Source of the DNA: a virus | Direction: 5' to 3' (one strand) | Length of the DNA: 64,000 nucleotides | IMG/VR virus record: IMGVR_UViG_3300023174_000094 | Coordinates: 42,649 to 106,648 of that record | In this document: positions 20,933 through 31,612 of the stretch, one piece after another | How positions within the stretch are numbered: position 1 is the stretch's first letter | Layout: each line of letters begins with the position of its first letter | The notes under the pieces: model-generated | Database searches by the model: none | Seen by the model: only the letters and a program-made list of their open reading frames with translations | What the model was told of the DNA's origin: nothing | Position numbers and translations under genes: made by a program

Positions 20933-23900
20933 GTGACAGATTTTGTTCACCTGCACTGCCATAGCGAGCACTCGCTACTGGATGGAATGTCAACGCCCGA
21001 AGAGATTGCACAGATTTCAAGCTCAAATGGTCAGTTTGCTGCTGCCATTACTGATCATGGGACAATGGGTGGTGTTCTAAGATTCCAGGATGCATGTAGA
21101 AAAAATAATGTAAGACCATTGTTTGGTGTTGAATCGTATTTTGTACCATCAGTTAAAAGTGATAGTGATGATAAGAGCGAAAGATTTCACTTGATTCTTC
21201 TTGCCAAGAACAATCAAGGACTCAATAAGTTATTCAAAATGTCTCAAATTGGATGGCAGGATAACTTCTATTACAAGCCAAGAATTGACTTTGAACTTCT
21301 TGAGGACTTGGTTGATGATGATGTAATTGCATTGTCGGGCTGCAGAGGAAGCGCTATATCAAAAGCCATAGAGGCTGGTGATTACTCCAGGGCGGAGCAG
21401 TTGTCGGAGCGATTCATCAAGATATTTAAAGATGATTTTTATTATGAACTGCAGGCGTGGAATCCAAAGGAGATTAACGATGGATTACTTGATCTTGCCT
21501 CTACATTCGGAAAGAAAGCTTTAGCAACTGCTGATTGCCATTTCCCTACGCATGAAGATAAGGGGTGCGAAGAAGTTCTTCTTCTTATTTCCCAGTATCC
21601 AAGCCTTGGTGCCAGCGCTACAAATGCGGCTAAAGATAGTCTTGCAACAATCAATACAGTTGGATCTGATGTGTTGAGCAAGGTTAATCACATGTATCCA
21701 AATAGATTTTTAAGATTTGATGATATTAATCCATACATCGCAAACGCTACTACTGTTCAATCCTGGTTTAAAGAAGTTGGTTATGACAGAACAGATTTGT
21801 TTGAGAATACATTGGAAGTCGCTCATAAATGCAGTGCAGAAATCGCAAAGAAGCGCAACTTGCTTCCGAAATATATTAAATCACTTGACTCAGATGATTA
21901 CTTGCGAGAAGTGTCTGAATTTAGATTAAAAGAGCTTGGGCTCAGCAATGAATACAAAGAAAGACTTAATGAAGAACTAGAGATTATTAAAGGATTGGGT
22001 TTCTCTGACTACTTCTTGATGGTATGGGACTTAATCTCATGGGCTGACGCTAATAACATTGGGCGTGGTACTGGTAGAGGTTCTGTTGGCGGTAGCTTAC
22101 TTGCGTACCTGCTAAAGATATCAAAAGTAGATCCGATCAAATACAATCTATTATTCGCTCGCTTTATTAATCCTGAGCGAAATGACTATCCCGACATTGA
22201 CTTAGACTTTGAAGATAAGCGCAGAGGTGAGATTAAAGAATATCTTAGACAGCGATGGGGCAAAGACAATGTTGCTGCTATTACAACATTTGGGACATTC
22301 AAGGCTAAATCTGCTGTAAAAGATGTTGCTAGAGTTCTTCAGGTTCCTTACGATGAAACAAACAATGTTACTCAGTTCTTTGAGACAATTGAGGAATTGA
22401 TTGAATCACCAAAGGGCAAAGCATTCTGTAATAAATATCCTGATGTGCCAAAGCTTGCAAAGAGATTAGAGGGTCGTGTTCGCAATACAGGCGTACACGC
22501 TGCTGGAATGGTTGTTTCATCTATTCCATTAAATGAAGTATGCCCAATTGAAACTAGAAAAGAAACAGACGGTGGTGAGCGTGTAACGGTTACTGCTTTT
22601 GACATGACCGATGCAGAAGCTGTTGGTCTTATTAAAGTTGACATTTTAGGTCTAAAGACCGTATCTGTGATTAAAGATTGCCTAGCGAAGATTAAAGAGC
22701 GCACAGGCAAGGATGTAGAGGCTGAGTCTCTAATGCTTGACGATGAATTGGTCTTTAAGAACTTTAATGACGGTAATACCGTAGGTGTATTCCAGACTGA
22801 TGCGGCTGCCTACAGAAACCTTATTGAGAGAATGGGAATTGACAATTTTAACGACCTTGTTGTGTCTAATGCTCTGGTAAGACCAGGCGCTCTTCTTTCT
22901 CAGGGTCAAAAATATATTGACTGCAAAAAGGGAGTCACTCAGCCATATTTTCCTGATGAATCAGTAAGAGAGATCTTGGAAGAAACATATGGGACAGTGA
23001 TTTTTCAAGAACAATTGATGCAAATGTCAGTAAAGCTTTCGGGATTTACATGGTCGGATGCAGATAAGTTAAGAAAGATCATCGGAAAGAAAAGAGATGT
23101 TAAGGAATTTAAAGAGTTTAAAGATAAGTTTGTCAATAATGCAATCATTCCAAAAGCAGAGGCAAGGCAGATCTGGTCTGAGTTTGAAATGTCTGCTCTA
23201 TATATGTTCAATAAATCACATGCTGTAGCGTATTCAATGCTTTCATATCAAACAATGTGGTTGAAAGTTAACTATCCACTTGAATTTATTTGGTCTCTTC
23301 TATATAACGAAGATTCGGCTGAAAAGATTACTGCATACCTGATGGAAGCTCAAAGAATTGGTATTCCAATTCTTCCACCTGATGTCAACTACTCAGAAGA
23401 ATACTTTACTACTGATAGCAGTACTGGTCTTGATGCGATTAGATTCGGTCTTGCGAATATCGCTGGATGTGGTAAGGCTGCTATTAAAGAGATTGAAGCA
23501 AAAAGACCATTTACCTGCCTTGATGAGTTTAATAATAAATGCTCCAAGTCTGCTGTTAAAGCACCATTGAGAGAAAATCTTGAAAAGGTCGGAGCTTATG
23601 CATCACTAGGTCATGTCTCTCAGTTTCAACATGAAAGATATTACTTACCAATCCTGGGATTTTCAATTAAGGCTGGTGAAGAAAAGAATGAAATGGATGA
23701 GTTCGTTGGCAACCTTGCTGATTTCCATGAAATCAACTCACCCCTGACATTGATTAAAGCAATTGTTAGATCAACAAAGAAAACACCCCAATATCTAAGA
23801 ATTGAATTTGAAGATTACTCTGGCTCATCAACTGTGTTTGCAAGTAGAGATACAGAGCTGGCTAATAGGGATTATGTCTATGCACTAATTGGAGATAGAA

Positions 23901-24331
23901 CGCTTCATTCATTCTGTGATGCGTACAATTTTGTTGATACTGATTTGCATAAGTTTATTATGCTAAGACAAAAGGGTGACAATCACGAATATAGCTGGCT
24001 GTATGATACTGGGCTGGGTCATATCGGTGAGGAAAAGACTCTTATGTATATTATGCACTCTAGAGTGTTTACTACGGCTAAAGATAAGACAATGGCAAAC
24101 CTGTATTGTTGGGATGGACAGCAGATATTTAAAGTTGTTATATTCCCTAGACCGTATGCGAAATTGAAATCTGTTATTAAACAGGGACAATGGTATGCAG
24201 CTAGGCTTTCTAAAATTGAAGAAAAAGATGTATTAGGTAGATTGGATTCATACAAGGTGGATTCTGACTCTGCTATAATCTCAATTGAAAATTATATTGA
24301 GCGTAAAAATTTAGTAAAGGCAACTGCATAG
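20933..24331 (+). CDS. dnaE: DNA polymerase III alpha subunit (family C)
   Basis: PHP motif HLHCHSEHSLLDG, GRGSVGGSL, PDIDLDF and FNKSHAVAY. Confidence 0.95.
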   Translation: MTDFVHLHCHSEHSLLDGMSTPEEIAQISSSNGQFAAAITDHGTMGGVLRFQDACRKNNVRPLFGVESYFVPSVKSDSDDKSERFHLILLAKNNQGLNKLFKMSQIGWQDNFYYKPRIDFELLEDLVDDDVIALSGCRGSAISKAIEAGDYSRAEQLSERFIKIFKDDFYYELQAWNPKEINDGLLDLASTFGKKALATADCHFPTHEDKGCEEVLLLISQYPSLGASATNAAKDSLATINTVGSDVLSKVNHMYPNRFLRFDDINPYIANATTVQSWFKEVGYDRTDLFENTLEVAHKCSAEIAKKRNLLPKYIKSLDSDDYLREVSEFRLKELGLSNEYKERLNEELEIIKGLGFSDYFLMVWDLISWADANNIGRGTGRGSVGGSLLAYLLKISKVDPIKYNLLFARFINPERNDYPDIDLDFEDKRRGEIKEYLRQRWGKDNVAAITTFGTFKAKSAVKDVARVLQVPYDETNNVTQFFETIEELIESPKGKAFCNKYPDVPKLAKRLEGRVRNTGVHAAGMVVSSIPLNEVCPIETRKETDGGERVTVTAFDMTDAEAVGLIKVDILGLKTVSVIKDCLAKIKERTGKDVEAESLMLDDELVFKNFNDGNTVGVFQTDAAAYRNLIERMGIDNFNDLVVSNALVRPGALLSQGQKYIDCKKGVTQPYFPDESVREILEETYGTVIFQEQLMQMSVKLSGFTWSDADKLRKIIGKKRDVKEFKEFKDKFVNNAIIPKAEARQIWSEFEMSALYMFNKSHAVAYSMLSYQTMWLKVNYPLEFIWSLLYNEDSAEKITAYLMEAQRIGIPILPPDVNYSEEYFTTDSSTGLDAIRFGLANIAGCGKAAIKEIEAKRPFTCLDEFNNKCSKSAVKAPLRENLEKVGAYASLGHVSQFQHERYYLPILGFSIKAGEEKNEMDEFVGNLADFHEINSPLTLIKAIVRSTKKTPQYLRIEFEDYSGSSTVFASRDTELANRDYVYALIGDRTLHSFCDAYNFVDTDLHKFIMLRQKGDNHEYSWLYDTGLGHIGEEKTLMYIMHSRVFTTAKDKTMANLYCWDGQQIFKVVIFPRPYAKLKSVIKQGQWYAARLSKIEEKDVLGRLDSYKVDSDSAIISIENYIERKNLVKATA

Positions 24332-24335
24332 TTTA

Positions 24336-25058
24336 ATGAATCTAACTATCTATATCCCAACATACAGGAGAGATTCATTAGATGCTTGTTTAAACAGCAT
24401 TGTCTCTCAATTTAATACAAATCTAGAGATAATTGTCTCAGATAATGACCAAGATTTCTATGCAAGTAGTATAGTTTCTAAATATAGAAATTATGTTACT
24501 GAGTATTCAGCGAGAAAACAGAACATAGGTTGCGATGGTAACTGTCTATATGGAATAACTGCTGGAACATCAGAGTATGTTTGGGTTGTTGGAGATGATG
24601 ACATTATCCTTCCAGGGGCGATAGATGCAGTTATGCCAATGCTGAATGGTGTAGATAGAATTATGCAGTTTGCGCCATATTCTGGCGAAGTAATACCTGG
24701 TTTTTCTGGTACAATGGCTGAATTGATAAATAAGTTAAATGATAAATCGTTTTTAATTGCAACAACGCTTGCAAGTATGAATATATGGAAAAGAGAAGTG
24801 ATGGATTACAGAATTGGGGTTAAGAATCTAGATTCAAGAAATGTTCTAGCTTGGTCTGGTATTAACTGTAAGACGGTATCTATTCCCAACATCCCGACAG
24901 TGCTTGTTAATGATACTAATTCATATGAATTTAAAGATTTTGATACAGTAATGTTTGAATATTCAGATGCTTTAGCTGATGCTAACGGAGTAAATAGATT
25001 TACATTTTATAATGCAAATAAATGGAACTTTGTTAGTTCCTCATTGGAGAAAAAATGA
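24336..25058 (+). CDS. Glycosyltransferase family 2
   Basis: IYIPTY.R, IIVSDN, N.G...N and GDDD motifs. Confidence 0.8.
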   Translation: MNLTIYIPTYRRDSLDACLNSIVSQFNTNLEIIVSDNDQDFYASSIVSKYRNYVTEYSARKQNIGCDGNCLYGITAGTSEYVWVVGDDDIILPGAIDAVMPMLNGVDRIMQFAPYSGEVIPGFSGTMAELINKLNDKSFLIATTLASMNIWKREVMDYRIGVKNLDSRNVLAWSGINCKTVSIPNIPTVLVNDTNSYEFKDFDTVMFEYSDALADANGVNRFTFYNANKWNFVSSSLEKK

Positions 25059-25489
25059 TTGTATATACTGGCGGTACATTTGACCTCTTTCACTCAGGTC
25101 ATGTGAGGTTGCTAAAGAAGTGTAGGGATTTGGCTGGTATTGATGGAGAAGTTGTTGTCTCTGTAAACCCAAGTGAATTTGTCTCTGTCTATAAAGAACC
25201 ACCAATTTGTGATTTGCTTGAAAGAATGGAAGTGGTCGCTTCATGCAAATGGGTTGATAAAGTTATCATCAATACAGGTGGAGCTGATTCAAAACCTGCT
25301 ATTCTAGAGGCAAAACCTGATCTAATCGTTGTTGGTTCCGACTGGGAAAATAAAGACTATCACAAACAAATGGGCTTTACCCAGGAGTGGTTGGATGAAC
25401 ATAACATCAAAGTTGTGTTCGTACCGTATACAGAAGAAATCTCAACAACAATTATTAAAGCAAGAATTTTAGATAGAATGTTCCAATAA
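25055..25489 (+). CDS. Cytidylyltransferase (TagD/RfaE-like)
   Basis: GTFDLFHSGH, GSDW and ISTT motifs. Confidence 0.88.
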   Translation: MIVYTGGTFDLFHSGHVRLLKKCRDLAGIDGEVVVSVNPSEFVSVYKEPPICDLLERMEVVASCKWVDKVIINTGGADSKPAILEAKPDLIVVGSDWENKDYHKQMGFTQEWLDEHNIKVVFVPYTEEISTTIIKARILDRMFQ

Positions 25490-25498
25490 AGGAGAAAT

Positions 25499-26413
25499 AT
25501 GTTAATTGTAGATAAAAGAAAAGGCGACACAATGCCTATTCACGATGTTATTCCAACCCCCAGTATCGGTTTAAATCGGGCTTTGGGTGGCGGTTTAAAT
25601 ACTGGTGCGACTCACTTGTTTTGGGGTACGCCATCGGTGGGCAAAACGACTATGTGTTTTCGGATTATTGCCGAAGCCCAAAAGCTTGGGTATCGCCCTG
25701 TCATTATTGACTCGGAGTCATCTTATAATGATGAGTATGCTGCCAAATGCGGGATTGATATTGAAGATGTCGTAATCATTCAATCCACGATTGTGGAAGA
25801 TATCATGAAGAATCTGATTGGATATCTGACGGATGATAAAGAAAAACATATTTTCTTGTTTGACTCATTGTCTAATATCATCAAGGAAGAGTTCTACGAT
25901 AAGCCTGAGGGTGGGAAAGCAATGGGCTTGCAATCACGCTCGCAAGGCTACCTGCTACAAAAGCTGGTGAACTATCTCCATAAGGAGCGCAACATCATGT
26001 TGTTTGTTGCTCACCAAACAGTTGACTTGAGCGGAATGTTTGCGGTGACAAAAGCCAAGATGGGCAACACGGTTCACCATAACATGCACAACATCGTCAA
26101 ACTCTTTCTCTCAATGTCAAAGAGCGAAATGGAGCGTGAGGAGAACAATATGATCACCTCGCAACGAGCAACCTGGACTGTTGAAAAAACAAAACAGATT
26201 CCCACAATCGGGGCAACGGGTTATTATTATGTTCTCCCACAAGAGGGGCGAATTGATCAATATCGTGAAATTATTGATATTGCAATTGAGATGGATATTA
26301 TTCAGCGCAAGGGTGCCTGGTATTCCTATGAAGAAAGTAAATGGAATGGCATGGGAGCAATTGAGTTGTCTGACAAGCAGACGAAGGAAATACTCAAGCG
26401 CATAAATGCATGA
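25499..26413 (+). CDS. recA: RecA/UvsX-like recombinase
   Basis: LNRALGGG, GTPSVGKTT, IDSE, FDSL and KGAWYSY motifs. Confidence 0.9.
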   Translation: MLIVDKRKGDTMPIHDVIPTPSIGLNRALGGGLNTGATHLFWGTPSVGKTTMCFRIIAEAQKLGYRPVIIDSESSYNDEYAAKCGIDIEDVVIIQSTIVEDIMKNLIGYLTDDKEKHIFLFDSLSNIIKEEFYDKPEGGKAMGLQSRSQGYLLQKLVNYLHKERNIMLFVAHQTVDLSGMFAVTKAKMGNTVHHNMHNIVKLFLSMSKSEMEREENNMITSQRATWTVEKTKQIPTIGATGYYYVLPQEGRIDQYREIIDIAIEMDIIQRKGAWYSYEESKWNGMGAIELSDKQTKEILKRINA

Positions 26414-27666
26414 TCTTTTCAATTCATACTGATCAGCATATCAAAGATGCGGTAAATATCTTTGGCTATGCCTATGGTTATACCAATATTGTAAAGCACT
26501 TTAATCAATTTACTTATGGCGATAAACAGCTAGAAGTTCTTGAAAACAACCCTGCTGCGCAGATTCAAATGTTTTATATGGAACCTGAATGGCATCATCC
26601 TGTTACTGGTCAGGATTTCCGTCAGCCAGGATTTAAAAAGCATTATGACCATCAATATAAGATTAATGGCACATATCTAGAGGCTACAAGAGCTTGGGAT
26701 TGGTGGATTCCCACCATGAAAACATTTGATGAGATCTGGGTAGGTAATCAGTTCTCTGTTGAAGCAATTGCTAATTCTGGTGTTAAGACTCCAACATATG
26801 TATTTGAGTTAGGCATTGATAAGATGTGGACACCTAAGATGCGTGGAAAAGGTAACAAGATCCGCTTCCTACATGTGGACTCAGATAGCCCTAGAAAGCG
26901 TGTAGATCTCGTTGAGAAGGCTTTTTTAATGCTCTTTGAGGGAAGAGATGATGTTGAGCTAACTTTAAAATACCACAGCAAGGGTGAAGCTAGTGGATAT
27001 AGCGTACTTGAGCTTTTCAAGGACAAAGAGCATCCGAATATTAATAGGATATATAGAACGGTTAAGCAAGAAGATATGGTCAAGCTATACCACGATCATG
27101 ACATTTTGGTTTACCCATCCGAAGGCGAAGGGTTCGGTCTAATCCCACTCCAGGCGCTGGCAACAGGTATGCCTACAATCTCAACGGGAAGATGGTGTTC
27201 TTATGAAAGATTCTTGGGTGACAATGTTATTGAATCAACCCTCGGTAAAACGCAACATACTGGATATCACACAGGCAATGTCATTCTTCCAGAACTTGAT
27301 TCGCTTCTTGATCTGATGAGAAATGCAGTTGACAATATTGACTCACAATGTGAGTTTTATTATAAGCAGGCACCGCAAGTTATAAAAGATTATGACTGGC
27401 AGAACCAGTGCAACAAGATGCTTAATTCTTTAATAAAGCGTGTTGGTCCTGATATGTTTGAGCCTATCGGAAAGATATTCAAAAATAAATATATTTATTT
27501 CCAGAATGGAGCAGGGTACAGCACAGAGTCTGGTGTAAAATTTACTAGACAAAAACCGATTCAAAAAGTTACTGAAGCGGAATATAGTTCTTTAATTATA
27601 AATTCCAACTTTAGAAAACCAACAGAAGAAGAAATAATTAAACATTTAGGAGGCTATAATGAGTGA
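26410..27666 (+). CDS. Glycosyltransferase family 4 (GT-B)
   Basis: RK..D motif and YPSEGEGFGLIPLQALATGMP. Confidence 0.85.
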   Translation: MIFSIHTDQHIKDAVNIFGYAYGYTNIVKHFNQFTYGDKQLEVLENNPAAQIQMFYMEPEWHHPVTGQDFRQPGFKKHYDHQYKINGTYLEATRAWDWWIPTMKTFDEIWVGNQFSVEAIANSGVKTPTYVFELGIDKMWTPKMRGKGNKIRFLHVDSDSPRKRVDLVEKAFLMLFEGRDDVELTLKYHSKGEASGYSVLELFKDKEHPNINRIYRTVKQEDMVKLYHDHDILVYPSEGEGFGLIPLQALATGMPTISTGRWCSYERFLGDNVIESTLGKTQHTGYHTGNVILPELDSLLDLMRNAVDNIDSQCEFYYKQAPQVIKDYDWQNQCNKMLNSLIKRVGPDMFEPIGKIFKNKYIYFQNGAGYSTESGVKFTRQKPIQKVTEAEYSSLIINSNFRKPTEEEIIKHLGGYNE

Positions 27667-28000
27667 CATGGATTTTAATAACTATCAATTTAGAGCAGCG
27701 AAGACTGCTATCTATCCTAAAGAAGACCTTCAAGGTCTTCTGTACACTACCCTTGGTCTCGTATCAGAGGCTGGAGAAGTTGCTGGTAAGGTTAAAAAGA
27801 TTATCCGTGATGACGAGAGTGTGATTAGTCCAGAGCGTCATGAGCAATTGATTGATGAACTTGGTGATGTTCTTTGGTATTGTGCAATGATCGCTGATGA
27901 ATTAAACATCACACTAGGATACGCAGCTGAGCGCAACATCTCTAAGCTTGAAGATCGCCAGAATAGAAATGTAATTGGTGGATCTGGCGATAATCGCTAG
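27659..28000 (+). CDS. MazG-like nucleotide pyrophosphohydrolase
   Basis: LGLVSEAGEV...DELGDVLWY. Confidence 0.88.
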   Translation: MSDMDFNNYQFRAAKTAIYPKEDLQGLLYTTLGLVSEAGEVAGKVKKIIRDDESVISPERHEQLIDELGDVLWYCAMIADELNITLGYAAERNISKLEDRQNRNVIGGSGDNR

Positions 28001-28017
28001 CATCTGAGGTATTGATC

Positions 28018-28116
28018 ATGGTTGTGATAGGTGCCAGAGCATATAAGTGTCCGTGTAAAAAAGTAATTCCTCAGGAGCCAGAATGTGGTGACAGAGGTGT
28101 GGAAGAGGATGATTAG
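28018..28116 (+). CDS. Small hypothetical protein (32 aa, CPC motif)
   Basis: GAGG RBS; fills the gap exactly. Confidence 0.4.
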   Translation: MVVIGARAYKCPCKKVIPQEPECGDRGVEEDD

Positions 28117-28418
28117 TGAAAAGAACAGAAAAAGAAGAAATTAAGCGTGATGGTGCAAAAGCAGTCAAGAATTCTGGTCGTGGAATTAGGAAGGGAGATG
28201 CTTCTCTTCATAAATTCTTGGTTGATTACAAGCACAATGCTAAAACTTTTACGCTTACATTAAAAGCTTGGACTAAGATGAGAAAAGATGCTTTTAATGC
28301 TAACTATAAATATCCATGCATTTCTGTTGTGTTCGGAGAGAATTCCGAGACAAAAGTAGCTATAATTGACTGGGAAGTGTTCCAAGATTTAGTGAAAGGA
28401 AGTGATTATGAAGATTAA
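28116..28418 (+). CDS. PD-(D/E)XK Holliday-junction resolvase-like nuclease
   Basis: E...NSG.G..KGD...VDYK pattern. Confidence 0.65.
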   Translation: MKRTEKEEIKRDGAKAVKNSGRGIRKGDASLHKFLVDYKHNAKTFTLTLKAWTKMRKDAFNANYKYPCISVVFGENSETKVAIIDWEVFQDLVKGSDYED

Positions 28419-28584
28419 ATTATTTTGTGACAGATTGTCTGGTCATAAATGTATTGGTCTAACACTTGGTCATGATGAGCTTTATATTGGGGTCAATCTT
28501 GTTTTTTGGATGATTGGTATTGCAAAAGTTTATCCACCATATCAAGCGACTATTTTTACAGAAGATTTGAGGAAAGATGCCTGA
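28408..28584 (+). CDS. Hypothetical protein
   Basis: Coupled ORF in the operon. Confidence 0.5.
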   Translation: MKIKLFCDRLSGHKCIGLTLGHDELYIGVNLVFWMIGIAKVYPPYQATIFTEDLRKDA

Positions 28585-28894
28585 CATTATTGTTGATACA
28601 GCGGTTCTTGCTGAGCAAATGGGTGAAAAAGCTGATGAGTTTATTGAATGCATCAAGATAGTTCAAGATATCATTGAGAATCCACAGGATTACATCGGTA
28701 TGCAAGCTATTAAATATGCCAATATCCTCTCAGGTTACAGAACGCTTATGATAGTTAAATCACAAGCCTTTAAAAGAAGATCTACTATTATGAGCGAACA
28801 AGATAAGTTTGTTAATGATATTTGGAAGACAATGTACGAAGCACTAACAGAAAATATCAATGCCCTTAAATTAGCGGCAAGAGGAGTAAATTAA
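28577..28894 (+). CDS. Hypothetical protein
   Basis: Coupled ORF with GAGG RBS. Confidence 0.65.
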   Translation: MPDIIVDTAVLAEQMGEKADEFIECIKIVQDIIENPQDYIGMQAIKYANILSGYRTLMIVKSQAFKRRSTIMSEQDKFVNDIWKTMYEALTENINALKLAARGVN

Positions 28895-29638
28895 ATGAAG
28901 GCATTAAAGCAATTAAGGGCTCCTAAAGCAGTAGCGCCAGTGAGTGAAGAAGTTGTTATGAAAGACCTGGTTGAGGCTATTAACGAGCATCTCGCCCTGA
29001 GAAATACCCCATCTTTTAAAAAAGTTAATGGGTTTCATCCTAGTTATACCAATCAGTGTGCAAGATACTGGTATTACATGTTTGAAGGAATTAGTGTAAC
29101 TCCATCATTTAATCCTCAGACTTATCGTATTTTTGATAATGGACATGCTGTTCATGAAAGACTTTATAGCTATCTGAGAGACATGGGTATCCTTGTAGCA
29201 GAAGAAATTCGTGTAACTCATGAAGATCCGCCAATTGAAGGTACTGCAGATGGTATAATTAATTGGTATGGTGAAAAACTAATTGAGCTAAAATCAATTA
29301 GTCAAGAAGGCTTTCACTATAGACAATTACATAACAAACCAAAAGACGAACATTACCGACAAGCCCAAATTTACATGGAATGCTTGAACCTGGATTCAGG
29401 TTTTGTCATTTACGAAAACAAAAATAATCAGGAGATCCTTCCAATCTTTATTGAAAGAGATCAACCGTTTATTGATAAATTATTTAAAAAGTATAGGAAG
29501 TTTCATGGTGCTTATTTGAGCAAAGAAATTCCTGTACAGCCATACAAGAGAAGCTCGGCTAACTGCTCTTCTTGTGATTTGGCAAAGCACTGCTGGGCAG
29601 AAGGAGAGCAAAATGAAAGTGAGGACACCCCGTTCTGA
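28895..29638 (+). CDS. Cas4-like (PD-(D/E)XK, Fe-S) exonuclease
   Basis: C.R, G..VH, GTADG, ELKS, Q.QIY and CxxC....C motifs; solo phage Cas4 with no CRISPR array. Confidence 0.85.
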   Translation: MKALKQLRAPKAVAPVSEEVVMKDLVEAINEHLALRNTPSFKKVNGFHPSYTNQCARYWYYMFEGISVTPSFNPQTYRIFDNGHAVHERLYSYLRDMGILVAEEIRVTHEDPPIEGTADGIINWYGEKLIELKSISQEGFHYRQLHNKPKDEHYRQAQIYMECLNLDSGFVIYENKNNQEILPIFIERDQPFIDKLFKKYRKFHGAYLSKEIPVQPYKRSSANCSSCDLAKHCWAEGEQNESEDTPF

Positions 29639-29654
29639 TTTTGCAAATGAGTAA

Positions 29655-29966
29655 ATGGTTAATGAAGAAACAAAGATTTGTGCCTATGAAGAGTGCAATA
29701 AAAAATTTAAAGCAAAAGTGTATAATGCTATTTATTGCTCTGCAGAATGCCGCAAAGTTGTAACTAATAGAAATTTATTAGCTAGCTATTACGAAAAGAA
29801 AAATAATAAAAATAAAAAAAGAATTTGTAAAACTAAAAATTGCACAACAGTGCTTTCAAGATATAATAAAGAAAATATTTGTGAGCAGTGTAAAAAAGAA
29901 AGATTTGTCCAAAGACTTGTGTCCTGGGGCTGGTCGGAGAAAGAAGTTAGAAGGGGCGTTGAATGA
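29655..29966 (+). CDS. Two-zinc-finger hypothetical protein
   Basis: C....C...YCS..C and C....C...LSRYN...C..C. Confidence 0.65.
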   Translation: MVNEETKICAYEECNKKFKAKVYNAIYCSAECRKVVTNRNLLASYYEKKNNKNKKRICKTKNCTTVLSRYNKENICEQCKKERFVQRLVSWGWSEKEVRRGVE

Positions 29967-30562
29967 CGCTTCGTTCTTTAGTTTCCTCTATCAAAGAGGA
30001 TAGGGTTTTAGCAATTGATCCCGCCTCTCACTCTCTAGCCTGGGTTATTTATGATGTAAGTCTTGATAAGATTAATCTGGTTGCCTCTGGCAAGATTGAT
30101 TATAAAAAAGATAAGGACATATCGCTTAAGTTTAAAGCTATAGATAGTGGTCTTACTTATCTAGTACAGGAGTTTAAACCTAAGCATGCGATTATTGAAC
30201 AGTCAATTTATGTACAGAATTTTGAAACGAGCAGGATTATCTCGTATATTATTGGCTACAGTTGGGGAGTTCTCAGCGCTGGAGGATGCCAGGTTTCGGA
30301 TGTAAATCCTTTAATGTGGAAATCTGGAATTGGATACAAGAATCTGGGCAAGAAGGATGCGGAAGCTCTCATTAACAACGGAGAGAAGGGTTCTCTCCAG
30401 ATTAAACAAAAGAATGAGAGAAAGAAGCGTGTGCGAGATATTGTAAGAAATTATTTTGCTACAGACGACATTAATATAGATGATGATGATATTATAGACG
30501 CTGCAGGTATTGGATTATGGTATTCTTTAAAAAAGATACGAGAGGTCAATAATGGCAAATGA
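29963..30562 (+). CDS. ruvC: RuvC-like Holliday-junction resolvase
   Basis: LAIDP, IIEQ, P..WK and DD..DA..IG motifs. Confidence 0.8.
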   Translation: MTLRSLVSSIKEDRVLAIDPASHSLAWVIYDVSLDKINLVASGKIDYKKDKDISLKFKAIDSGLTYLVQEFKPKHAIIEQSIYVQNFETSRIISYIIGYSWGVLSAGGCQVSDVNPLMWKSGIGYKNLGKKDAEALINNGEKGSLQIKQKNERKKRVRDIVRNYFATDDINIDDDDIIDAAGIGLWYSLKKIREVNNGK

Positions 30563-30854
30563 GCCTTATAAAGATAAAGCTTTTTTGTATGAAATGTATG
30601 TTCAAAGAAGATTGAACTTAACTGATATTTGCAAGCATTTAAAAGATACTTATAACATTGAGGTTACTCCTCAGGCTATTTATAACTGGGTGAAGAAATA
30701 TGACTTACTCAAGTTTAGAGGAAAAGGAAGAAATCTTAGTGGTAATACTCAGCAGCAAAAGCGTGAGAAGTCACCAATGCAAATAGAGTCCGAGAGAAGG
30801 AAACGAGAGATGAGAAAACGAGCTCAGCATAACAAGAAAATGAGGGGAAGATGA
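30552..30854 (+). CDS. HTH DNA-binding protein
   Basis: YKDK.FLYE.Y...TDI...VTPQAIYNW. Confidence 0.6.
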   Translation: MANEPYKDKAFLYEMYVQRRLNLTDICKHLKDTYNIEVTPQAIYNWVKKYDLLKFRGKGRNLSGNTQQQKREKSPMQIESERRKREMRKRAQHNKKMRGR

Positions 30855-31612
30855 GAAGGTCGGTTACTACCAAAGATATTAATTCTTTTTCAAAACTCAA
30901 CATGATTTATAATCAGGTCAGAGTTATTGAAGCCAAGATGAATCAAACAGACTACAAGTGCCTGGGCTCAGGTAAGTGCTGTCATATTGGTCTGTCCATA
31001 CATATGGCAGAGTGTGCCAATATCGCTTTCAACTTAAGACAACAATATTATCTATACCTTGAAGATAAGGGTTACGAGTTCGCTGATAACTGGATTGATG
31101 GCGTTACCGAAGACCTTAAGGCTGCAATGTATGACGACAGTTGGCAAATCGGTGGTGAATCAAAGAGGCTGTGCGCATTTTATAAAGGTGGTTGCTCTAT
31201 CTATGGATACAGACCAATGGTGTGCCGCACATTCGGTACAATAACAACAGTTGATGATTATTGCCCAAGAATTAGAAATGCCCAAGGCTCAATTGACTAT
31301 TTTAGTGGTGAAGGCGTAAAGAAAATAATCAAGATGTTCCAGGATTTTCTTAAGGAGTATACAAGAGATAAAGACAATGGTTATGATATGACCGTCTATA
31401 TGCCATTAGGTGTATTAAGTTTCTTACTTGAGCCAGAAGAGCTCTACGATCTTCAGGATAAAACTGATCCGAAGTTCTGGAAGGCTGTTGATGGATGGGT
31501 TAACTACCGAGTTGAGTATATAAAAATGCATGGATACGATCATGATGTTCTTGAAAAAGAAGCAGAAATTATCGGTGTCCCATTAAGGTTTCCTAAACTA
31601 GAAACAAAGTAA
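30851..31612 (+). CDS. YkgJ/CxxCxxCC-family Zn- or Fe-S-binding protein
   Basis: C..SG.CC, CAF....CSIY.YRP.VCR.F. Confidence 0.75.
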   Translation: MRRSVTTKDINSFSKLNMIYNQVRVIEAKMNQTDYKCLGSGKCCHIGLSIHMAECANIAFNLRQQYYLYLEDKGYEFADNWIDGVTEDLKAAMYDDSWQIGGESKRLCAFYKGGCSIYGYRPMVCRTFGTITTVDDYCPRIRNAQGSIDYFSGEGVKKIIKMFQDFLKEYTRDKDNGYDMTVYMPLGVLSFLLEPEELYDLQDKTDPKFWKAVDGWVNYRVEYIKMHGYDHDVLEKEAEIIGVPLRFPKLETK